Part shown: one piece after another, positions 16,728 to 24,723 of the stretch
How the letters are laid out: the number at the start of each line of letters is the position of its first letter
Position numbering within the stretch: position 1 is the stretch's first letter
Assembly (NCBI GenBank): GCA_045536125.1
Contig: JAZSMX010000050.1
Span: 1,953 to 65,952, forward strand
DNA length: 64,000 nt
DNA from: Eubacteriales bacterium
GTDB lineage: Bacteria; Bacillota; Clostridia; Oscillospirales; CAG-272
Reading direction: 5' to 3'
Program-made: the position numbers and the translations under genes
Notes under the pieces: model-generated
Database searches by the model: none
Seen by the model: the letters and a program-made list of their open reading frames with translations, nothing else
What the model was told of the DNA's origin: nothing

Positions 16728-17978
16728 ATGAAAAAACGAATTTGCTTGCTTCTTTCCGTCTTTCTTTGTCTGATTGCTTCTGTGCTTTTGTTTGCATCTT
16801 GCACACAGGAAGAAACGTCAAAAAACGTAACATTGTACGTTTACAACTGGGGAGAATATATTTCCGACGGCTCTGAGGGAAGCCTTGACGTCAATAAGGC
16901 GTTTGAGGAATACTGCCGTGAGGAGCTTGGACTCAATGTTACCGTAAACTATTCCACCTTTTCCAGCAATGAAAGCATGTATGCCAAGATCAAGAGCGGA
17001 TCGACCTCTTATGACGTCATTATCCCTTCAGATTATATGATCGAACGCATGATCGGTGACGGGCTTCTGTCTCCCATTGACGTGACAAAGCTTGAAAATT
17101 ACAAGTATATTGACGATGCTTTCAAGGGGGAAAACGTCTATTACGAAAAGAATTCCGGGCAGACCTATTCCGTGCCGTATTTTTACGGAATGGTCGGCGT
17201 GATCTACAACACGGAAATGGTGGATGAAAATGACGAGCAGCTTGGAAGCTGGGATCTGATGTGGGACGAGGAATACAAAGGAAATATTCTTCAGTTCAAC
17301 AATAGCCGCGACGCCTTTGGTACGGCGCTATACAGGCTTGGTTACGACGTCAACGATTATGACGAGGAGCGATGGAGAGAGGCGCTTGACGATCTTCTTT
17401 CCCAAAAGGAGATTGTTCAGGGCTACGTCATGGATGAAATCTTCAACAAAATGAAGAGCAATTCCGCAGCGATCGCCGCTTACTATGCAGGGGATTATCT
17501 TTCCATGTACGAGGAAAACGATCAGCTCGCTTTCTACTATCCAAAGGAAGGAACCAACAGCTATATCGATGCGATGTGCATTCCGAAAAGCTCACAGAAT
17601 TATGAGCTTGCCATGGAGTATATTGATTTCATGTGCAGAAAGGATATCGCCATTGAAAATGCGCTCTATACCTATTACGCATCTCCCTTGACCACAGTGG
17701 TTTCCGATCCCGAGTATCAGGAGGGAATGGCAGAGGTCCATGAGGATGCCATGGATATCCTTTACGGTGAGACCGCGAGGAACGTTAAAACCCAGGCATA
17801 CCTCGATCTTTCCGAGGAGGGAATCCGCGGACTCAACGTTCTTTGGGAGGAGCTGAAGGCGAAAAGCAGCATTGGAAACGGGATCTACATCGGATGCGGT
17901 GTGATCCTTGGAGTGCTGATCGTCCTGGCGGTGCTTCACGTTTTGAAAAAACGCCGTTGGGCAAAGCTCTATGACTGA
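16728..17978 (+). CDS. potD: polyamine-binding lipoprotein PotD with extra C-terminal TM anchor
   Basis: Lipobox signal MKKRICLLLSVFLCLIASVLLFASC, PotD-like body (YNWGEYI), and C-terminus GIYIGCGVILGVLIVLAVLHVLKKRRWAKLYD. Start trimmed to 16728 (GGGAGGG RBS). Confidence 0.85.
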   Translation: MKKRICLLLSVFLCLIASVLLFASCTQEETSKNVTLYVYNWGEYISDGSEGSLDVNKAFEEYCREELGLNVTVNYSTFSSNESMYAKIKSGSTSYDVIIPSDYMIERMIGDGLLSPIDVTKLENYKYIDDAFKGENVYYEKNSGQTYSVPYFYGMVGVIYNTEMVDENDEQLGSWDLMWDEEYKGNILQFNNSRDAFGTALYRLGYDVNDYDEERWREALDDLLSQKEIVQGYVMDEIFNKMKSNSAAIAAYYAGDYLSMYEENDQLAFYYPKEGTNSYIDAMCIPKSSQNYELAMEYIDFMCRKDIAIENALYTYYASPLTTVVSDPEYQEGMAEVHEDAMDILYGETARNVKTQAYLDLSEEGIRGLNVLWEELKAKSSIGNGIYIGCGVILGVLIVLAVLHVLKKRRWAKLYD

Positions 17979-18000
17979 TGTGCTGTAAATGAAACAAAAT

Positions 18001-18051
18001 CACCGATGCGGTCACATAGAAACATGAGACCGTATCGGTGAGGCTTTTTTT
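18001..18051 (+). terminator. terminator after potD
   Basis: 13-bp stem CACCGATGCGGTC/GACCGTATCGGTG (one G-U pair), then T7. Confidence 0.65.
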
Positions 18052-18071
18052 GTCGAGAATTTTGAAAAAAT

Positions 18072-18116
18072 ATTCTAAGGGGCACACGTGCATTCTCCAC
18101 GTGTGCCCCTTAGAAT
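18072..18116 (-). terminator. terminator after coaW
   Basis: 19-bp perfect inverted repeat ATTCTAAGGGGCACACGTG/CACGTGTGCCCCTTAGAAT with a 7-nt loop. T-run on the minus strand. Confidence 0.65.
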
Positions 18117-18132
18117 ATAGGTTCCTCGAAAA

Positions 18133-18984
18133 TCACGCTTCTGTCAGTGCCGCTCCGATGACCGTTCCGAACTGTGCGTTTTCGGGAATGATAAAGTGAA
18201 CGCCGAAGCTGTCACCGAGACTTTCGAAAACCGCGCGGATCGGCTCTATGGTGGTCAGATTTCCGATCAGAACGATATCCTTCGTAGCGTGTGCGCGAGC
18301 TGCAAAAATGGAAAGCATGGCAACGGTTTCCGCGACCATATTGGAAATTCCGAGCGCAAGATCGGCAGGGGTTGCCATATCGGAGACCTTGCCGAAATTT
18401 GCCGCGGTCAAGTTTTCGTTGATGCCGTGATAATTGTGGTTTCTGGAAATGTCTTTGATGCGAAGGTCAACGTTGTCGAGATTTCCGTCCTTTGCCAATT
18501 GTTCGATGTGCTCCACCGAATCAAGTCCGAGCATTTTTCGAGACAGACCGACGAGTGTTCCTCCGCCGACGCCCGTACCTCCGAGATACTTGATTTCATA
18601 TTTGTCGGCAGCGATTCGTTTGGCATGGTTGATCGCCGTTCCGGTTCCCATGCTGACGACAATGGCTTCTTCGAGACCGGAGAGGTAGAGCCCTCCGATT
18701 CCACTTCCCGAAAACTCCGGAACAGAGATGCATTTGAGGTTGTAAATGCCGTTGGTGATGACGGAAGAGCCGGCTCCCGTCATGAGAATGCGATCGATGT
18801 CACAAAGCTCAAGCTGATTCTCGGATGTGAATTTTCCAAACGCACCGTAAATAGAGGTGAGTGGATCGGTGGCGCGCACAAATTGGGGAGCGATGAGAAT
18901 CCGCTCACCGTTTTCTTTGGTCTGAAATCCAACGATTTTTGTCGTGGTTCCACCTACATCGATTCCGATTACCGTTCTGTTCAT
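18133..18984 (-). CDS. coaW: type II pantothenate kinase
   Basis: ASKHA fold: IGIDVGGTTTKIV, VSMGTGTA, LGGTGVGGGTLVGL, DLTAANFG. The motif order parallels staphylococcal type II CoaA as I recall it. Confidence 0.8.
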   Translation of the reverse strand: MNRTVIGIDVGGTTTKIVGFQTKENGERILIAPQFVRATDPLTSIYGAFGKFTSENQLELCDIDRILMTGAGSSVITNGIYNLKCISVPEFSGSGIGGLYLSGLEEAIVVSMGTGTAINHAKRIAADKYEIKYLGGTGVGGGTLVGLSRKMLGLDSVEHIEQLAKDGNLDNVDLRIKDISRNHNYHGINENLTAANFGKVSDMATPADLALGISNMVAETVAMLSIFAARAHATKDIVLIGNLTTIEPIRAVFESLGDSFGVHFIIPENAQFGTVIGAALTEA

Positions 18985-19106
18985 AGAAATACCTCCGTCG
19001 TTTTGAGGACTTTAGAATCTTTTGCAAAATTATTATACCATTTACTTGTAAAAATTGCAAGGTTATGCTATAATATTTTTTGAAACTTTCGGAAAGGAGA
19101 GGGAAT

Positions 19107-20873
19107 ATGGCTTTTGATGCGGGAATGCTTGCGTGTACCGTGGCGGAAATCAGAGAAAAAGCACTGGGAGCAAGAATTGAAAAGGTGTTTCAGCCGGAGC
19201 GGGATGAGATCGTTTTACAAATGAGAAGCCTTGAGGGCGGAAAGCGCCTTTTGATCAATGCGGGCTCTAATAACCCTCGCCTTGGTTTTACGGGGGAGCA
19301 GAAGGAGAATCCGATGACACCTCCCATGCTTTGCATGCTTTTGCGAAAGCATCTGCAAGGGGCAAAGCTGATAGACATCCGTCAAGAGGAATTTGAGCGT
19401 GTTGCTTGCCTTGAATTTGAAACGCGGGACGAAATGGGATTTGATTGCCGTCGCTATCTGATTGCGGAGATCATGGGGAAGTACAGCAATCTTGTGTTTG
19501 CAAACGATGAAAAAAAGATTCTTGCCGTGATGCATCCCGTTGATTTTTCCACCTCCGCGCTCCGCCAGGTATTGCCGGGAATGATTTATGAACTTCCCCC
19601 AAAGCAAGAAAAGGAAAATCCGCTGGAGTATGACCGTGACCGCTTTTTGAAGCTTCTTTCCGCAGCTCCGAAAGACAGGTCTTCCGATAAATGGATCATG
19701 TCCTCCTTCCTCGGCATTTCGGCAGCCGTTGCGCGCGAGATCGTTTACCGCGCCAGCGGAGAATGTGACACGCTGGTTTCCCTGTGCGACCATGTAAGGC
19801 TTTGTGATTCTTTTTTTGAAATTTTTGAAAACGTGCAAAAAGGTAGCTTCTCTCCCACGATGGTTTTACAAAACGAAAAGCCCGTGGAATATGCGTTTTG
19901 TGAACTAAAGCACTACGGCGCGGAGTTTGAAAGCCGTTCCTATGAGAGTGCGGGAGGGTTGCTCGACGAGTTTTTCCATACGAGAGACCGTGAGCATCAT
20001 ATCCGTCAGCGTGCTGCGGATATTTTGCGGATTCTCACAAATGCCGACGCGCGCATCCGAAGGAAGCTTGAAGCACAACGCGGTGAGCTTGCAGACTGTG
20101 AAAAGGGCGAGGAATACAAAAAATATGCCGATCTGATTACGGCAAATCTTTTCAGACTCAAGCGCGGAGATACCCGTGCAGAGCTTGTCGATTATGAGGA
20201 TTACCGCGAGGACGGAAGCTTTGGAAGTGTTGTGGTTGCACTGGATTCCAGACTTTCTCCCTCGGCAAACGCACAGGTTTACTATAAAAAATACAACAAG
20301 TCCAAAAATGCAAGGATTGAGCTTGCCAAACAGATTGAGCTCGGCGAAAGTGAGCTTGTGTATATTGATTCCGTGTTCGACGCGCTGACACATGCGGAAA
20401 CGGCACTCGATCTGACGGAGATCCGGGATGAGCTTTACCGTTCCGGATATGCTTCAAGGATGAAAAATTACGCGCTTTCCAAAAAAAGCGCGCATCCGAC
20501 AGTTGCCGAATTTCGCACCTCGGGCGGATATCGGGTTTTGTGCGGAAAAAACAACGTGCAAAACGAATACATTACGCATAAACTGGCGGGGAAAAATGAC
20601 TATTGGTTTCACGTAAAAAATCTTCCGGGATCACACGCGGTCATGCTTTGTGACGGTGAAGAGCCGGATGCTGTCAATTTTACGGAAGCGGCAGAGATTG
20701 CGGCATATTTTTCAAAAGGTGCTGACGGAGAGAACGTAGAGGTGGATTATACGTTGGTCAGAAACGTCAAAAAGCCCGCAGGTGGAAAACCGGGACTTGT
20801 GATTTATCATACCAATTGGTCCTGCATCGTTACACCCAGTGCCGCCAAAATTGCGAACATGAGAGTAAAATAA
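19107..20873 (+). CDS. rqcH: ribosome quality control protein RqcH (NFACT / FbpA family)
   Basis: MAFDAGMLACTVAEI...IEKVFQPERDEIVL N-terminus and C-terminal NFACT-R (WFHVKNLPGSHAV). Start trimmed to 19107 (GGAGAGGG RBS). Confidence 0.85.
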   Translation: MAFDAGMLACTVAEIREKALGARIEKVFQPERDEIVLQMRSLEGGKRLLINAGSNNPRLGFTGEQKENPMTPPMLCMLLRKHLQGAKLIDIRQEEFERVACLEFETRDEMGFDCRRYLIAEIMGKYSNLVFANDEKKILAVMHPVDFSTSALRQVLPGMIYELPPKQEKENPLEYDRDRFLKLLSAAPKDRSSDKWIMSSFLGISAAVAREIVYRASGECDTLVSLCDHVRLCDSFFEIFENVQKGSFSPTMVLQNEKPVEYAFCELKHYGAEFESRSYESAGGLLDEFFHTRDREHHIRQRAADILRILTNADARIRRKLEAQRGELADCEKGEEYKKYADLITANLFRLKRGDTRAELVDYEDYREDGSFGSVVVALDSRLSPSANAQVYYKKYNKSKNARIELAKQIELGESELVYIDSVFDALTHAETALDLTEIRDELYRSGYASRMKNYALSKKSAHPTVAEFRTSGGYRVLCGKNNVQNEYITHKLAGKNDYWFHVKNLPGSHAVMLCDGEEPDAVNFTEAAEIAAYFSKGADGENVEVDYTLVRNVKKPAGGKPGLVIYHTNWSCIVTPSAAKIANMRVK

Positions 20874-20894
20874 TGAAATAATGTGAGTGAGTGT

Positions 20895-21827
20895 ATGAAA
20901 TACGATTTGATTATAGTTGGTGCAGGACCTGCGGGAATGACGGCGGCACTTTACGCTGCCCGTGCTTCCAAAAAGGTATTGCTTCTTGAAAAAGCCTTTC
21001 CGGGAGGGCAGATTCTTTCCTCCGAGAAAATAGAAAATTATCCCGCGCTTCCATCGGTTGACGGATATACCTTCGCGCAAAATCTGCATACGCAGGTTCT
21101 TGATGCGGGTGTTACCGTGGAAAACGGAGAGGTCGATTCCGTCAGGAGAAACGGTGACGGTTTTTCCGTGCATGCAGGGGACACGGAGTATTTCTCGCTT
21201 TCTGTGATTCTTGCAACGGGATTGCAGCACAGAAGGCTCGGCGTTGCAGGAGAAGACGCTTTGATTGGAAAAGGCGTTTCCTTTTGCGCGACGTGCGACG
21301 GTATGTTTTTTAAAAACAAACGTGTTGCCGTGGTTGGCGGCGGTAATACGGCGGTGCAGGATGCGCTCGTTTTATCGGATCTTTGCGAGCGTGTATACCT
21401 CATTCATCGTAGAGATGCTCTCAGAGCCGAGGGGGAGCTTGCCTTACGTGTGCTTGGCAGAGAAAACGTGGAATTCATGGGATCGTGTACCGTTGAGGAA
21501 ATTTGCGGTGAGGGGCACGTAGAAGCTCTTCGCGTTCGGAATCTTGCAAGCAATGAGGAAACAAGGCTGGAGGTTTCGGGGATCTTTGAGGCGATCGGTC
21601 AGATTCCTCAGAGCGAAGCATTTCGCTCTCTTCTGGAATTGGACGAAGATGGATATTTGATGACCGACTTTGCCTGCGCGACGAGCGAACAGGGGATTTT
21701 TGCAGCGGGGGATGCCTGCCGTAAATCGGTACGGCAGCTGACAACTGCCGTTGCCGACGGAACAGTGGCGGCACTTTCCGCCGTTGCCTATATCGATAGG
21801 TTAAAGGAAAGGGGAGTACAACCATGA
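20895..21827 (+). CDS. trxB: thioredoxin-disulfide reductase
   Basis: GAGPAG FAD motif, redox CATCDG, GGGNTA NADPH motif. Confidence 0.9.
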   Translation: MKYDLIIVGAGPAGMTAALYAARASKKVLLLEKAFPGGQILSSEKIENYPALPSVDGYTFAQNLHTQVLDAGVTVENGEVDSVRRNGDGFSVHAGDTEYFSLSVILATGLQHRRLGVAGEDALIGKGVSFCATCDGMFFKNKRVAVVGGGNTAVQDALVLSDLCERVYLIHRRDALRAEGELALRVLGRENVEFMGSCTVEEICGEGHVEALRVRNLASNEETRLEVSGIFEAIGQIPQSEAFRSLLELDEDGYLMTDFACATSEQGIFAAGDACRKSVRQLTTAVADGTVAALSAVAYIDRLKERGVQP

Positions 21828-23179
21828 AGATTTTGATTGCCGGTTGCGGTGAGGTTGGAGAAACGTTGGCGCGTGAGCTTTCTGCGGAAGGATATGATCT
21901 GACGTTGATGGATTCTGATCCGCACGTGCTCGAAACAGGCTTTGAGCGGTTTGACGTGATGTCATTACAGGGAAATTGCGCGTCTGTCAAGTCGCTTTTG
22001 CGCGCGGATATCAAGAAAAGCAATCTGCTGATTGCATGTACGGGAAGTGACGAATTGAACTTGCTTTGTTGTCTGACAGCGCGAAATCTCAATCCCAAGC
22101 TTCACACCATTGCGCGCATCAGAAACCCCGAATACATGGAGCAGGTCTACAATATGGGCGACTCGTTTGGTATTTCCATGACCTTTAATCCCGAGCGCGA
22201 CGCTGCTACCGAGATCGAACGCTTGATCAAATATCCGGGATTTCTGTCCCGTGAAACCTTTATGGGCGGACGCGCAGAGGTTGCCGAGCTTCGCCTTGAA
22301 GAAGGAAATCCCTTGTGTGGCACGGCGCTTTCTTCTATGGATTCCATTTTGAAATGCCGCGTCCTGGTTTGCGCTGTTTTGCGTGACGGAAACGCGGTAA
22401 TCCCCGACGGTAAATTTGTTTTGGAGGAAGGCGATCGCATTTTTGTGACCGCTTCCTCGGATAATCTTTCGATAATGCTCAAAAGCCTTGGAATCGTTAC
22501 CAAAAAAGCCCGTCGTGTGGTTATTGCGGGCGGTGGCCCCATGTCTTATTACCTTGCAAAAAAATTAAAAAACAGCGAGGTCATGATCATAGAGCGTGAT
22601 CTTGAGCGTTGTCGTGAGCTTTCCGAACTTTTACCGCGGGTGACGGTGGTAAACGGAACTGTGAGAAACCACAGTTTTCTTGAAAGCGAGGGGGTTACCA
22701 AGGCAGATGCTCTGATTTCCTTGACCGAGCTGGATGAGTTGAACGTAATTACTTCTCTTTTTGCAACCAGACATAAGCTGCCGATTATCGTTACAAAAAT
22801 CGGAAAGCCCGAAAATGCGGGATTTATCGAAAATCTTTCGCTGGGAAGCGTGATTTCCCCGGGACGCTTTTCTTGTAACGCCATCGTAGGCTACGTCCGT
22901 GCGATGCGAAACCGCGACGGTGCCGCGACCGCCGTTCATACCATTGCCGACGATCAGGTTGAGGCGATGCAGTTTACGGTAACTCCGGATACACTTTACT
23001 GCAATACTCCGCTTAAACAACTCAAATTGAAGAAAAACGTTCGTCTGACCTGTATCGCACGTGGTAACGAGATCGTAGCCCCCAACGGTGATTCCTTTTA
23101 TCAAGAAGGGGACAGTGTGATTGTCGCATCCGTAAAAGACGATGTGAAGATTTTTGATCTAAACGATATTTTTGCTTAA
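21824..23179 (+). CDS. trkA: Trk potassium uptake protein TrkA (double RCK)
   Basis: 451 aa with two TrkA-N/TrkA-C units (MKILIAGCGEVG; VVIAGGGPMSYYLA). ATGA overlap with trxB. Confidence 0.9.
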   Translation: MKILIAGCGEVGETLARELSAEGYDLTLMDSDPHVLETGFERFDVMSLQGNCASVKSLLRADIKKSNLLIACTGSDELNLLCCLTARNLNPKLHTIARIRNPEYMEQVYNMGDSFGISMTFNPERDAATEIERLIKYPGFLSRETFMGGRAEVAELRLEEGNPLCGTALSSMDSILKCRVLVCAVLRDGNAVIPDGKFVLEEGDRIFVTASSDNLSIMLKSLGIVTKKARRVVIAGGGPMSYYLAKKLKNSEVMIIERDLERCRELSELLPRVTVVNGTVRNHSFLESEGVTKADALISLTELDELNVITSLFATRHKLPIIVTKIGKPENAGFIENLSLGSVISPGRFSCNAIVGYVRAMRNRDGAATAVHTIADDQVEAMQFTVTPDTLYCNTPLKQLKLKKNVRLTCIARGNEIVAPNGDSFYQEGDSVIVASVKDDVKIFDLNDIFA

Positions 23180-23238
23180 AGGAACGGAGTCGGACGGGCT
23201 TTCGGTCTTTTGCACGTTTTAAGAAAGGCTTTCAAATT

Positions 23239-24702
23239 ATGAATTATAAAATGATGTGCCGCTTTTTTTCCTGGGTATGTCTTTTACAAGCCGTGTTTTT
23301 GATCCCTCCCATTGCGATCAGTATTGTAGATAACACACAACTGTCTACACTCGGTTTTTTGATTACAGCAGTTATTTCCTTGGGACTTTATATTATTTTT
23401 AAATTGCTCTCCAAGAATACAAGCGGAATTCTTTATGCCAAAGAGGGTTTTGTTTGTGTTTCAGCAAGCTGGATCCTTTTGAGCATTGTCGGGTGCTTGC
23501 CCTTTGTTATCTCGGGGGCGATTCCTCATTTTATCGATGCGCTTTTTGAAATTGTCTCCGGCTTTACAACGACAGGAGCTTCCATCCTTTCCGATGTGGA
23601 AAGTCTCCCACGCGCTATCCTTTATTGGAGAAGCTTTAGTCATTGGGTGGGCGGTATGGGCGTCCTCGTCTTCCTTCTGGCGATCACCCCCGGAGAAAAA
23701 AAGACGGCAGGCTTTACCATGCATTTGTTCCGCGCAGAAAGCCCGGGACCCGAGGTTGGAAAACTGGTGCCCAAAATGCGGCAAACGGCAATCTTCCTTT
23801 ACGCAACGTACATTGTCCTGACTGCCTTGAATTTTCTGTTTTTGGTTTTGGGCGAAATGGATGTGTTTGAGGCGATCTGTACGGCGTTTGGCACTGCGGG
23901 GACGGGAGGATTTGGAGTTAAAAACGACAGCCTTGCAGGCTACGGTCCCTATATACAATACGTAACGACGGTGTTTATGCTTTTGTTTGGTGTCAATTTC
24001 AGTTGTTATTATTTATTGCTCTTGGGACAGATAAGGGCGGTGCTTAAAGATGAAGAGCTTCGCTTTTATTCGGCGATCGTTGTTTCAAGTATTGCCTTTA
24101 TCACCTTGCAGATCTTCTTCAGCGTGCGTATTTACCCCACCTTTGAAGAAACCTTCAGGCATGCCTCTTTCCAGGTGGCAAGTATTATTTCCACGACAGG
24201 GTATTCAACTGCCGATTTCGATTTGTGGCCAAGCGCTTCCAAGGCAATCCTGATGCTTTTGATGTTTACGGGAGCTTGCGCAGGCAGTACCTGCGGAGGT
24301 ATGAAGGTGACAAGAATTTTGCTTTTGTTTAAAAGCTTACGCCGTAACATTCACCGAATGCTTCATCCCCAGCAGATCCAGACGATCCGTGTCAACGGAA
24401 ATGCGATGGATGAACGCGTCATTGCCAATACCAATGCCTATCTTTCGGCATATATGATCATCTTTTTTATCAGCTTTATCCTTATTTCGCTTGATGGGTT
24501 TTCGCTGATGACCAATTTTTCGGCAGTGCTTGCCTGCTTTAACAATGTCGGTCCCGGATTTGAGGCTGTGGGACCCACGCAAAATTTTGAAAGCTTTGGT
24601 GTGCTTTCCAAAATCGTTTTAATTTTTGATATGCTTGCGGGAAGACTTGAAATATTTCCCATGCTTTTAACATTTTCCAGAAGTGTTTGGAAAAGAAATT
24701 GA
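23239..24702 (+). CDS. trkH: Trk-type potassium transporter membrane subunit TrkH
   Basis: 487 aa, polytopic, with repeated selectivity-filter-like GFTTTG / GTAGTGGF / TTGYS / NNVGPG. Confidence 0.9.
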   Translation: MNYKMMCRFFSWVCLLQAVFLIPPIAISIVDNTQLSTLGFLITAVISLGLYIIFKLLSKNTSGILYAKEGFVCVSASWILLSIVGCLPFVISGAIPHFIDALFEIVSGFTTTGASILSDVESLPRAILYWRSFSHWVGGMGVLVFLLAITPGEKKTAGFTMHLFRAESPGPEVGKLVPKMRQTAIFLYATYIVLTALNFLFLVLGEMDVFEAICTAFGTAGTGGFGVKNDSLAGYGPYIQYVTTVFMLLFGVNFSCYYLLLLGQIRAVLKDEELRFYSAIVVSSIAFITLQIFFSVRIYPTFEETFRHASFQVASIISTTGYSTADFDLWPSASKAILMLLMFTGACAGSTCGGMKVTRILLLFKSLRRNIHRMLHPQQIQTIRVNGNAMDERVIANTNAYLSAYMIIFFISFILISLDGFSLMTNFSAVLACFNNVGPGFEAVGPTQNFESFGVLSKIVLIFDMLAGRLEIFPMLLTFSRSVWKRN

Positions 24703-24723
24703 TTTTGACAGATAGGAGCTTGC

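Noticed and set aside
15908-16804. 298-aa minus-strand ORF, with similar cases at 29028-30086, 18196-19083, 4145-4930 and 36858-37658
   Set aside because: They are antisense shadows of potC/potD, the permease genes, coaW, dxs and spoVT respectively. There are no motifs and the composition is basic and low-complexity.
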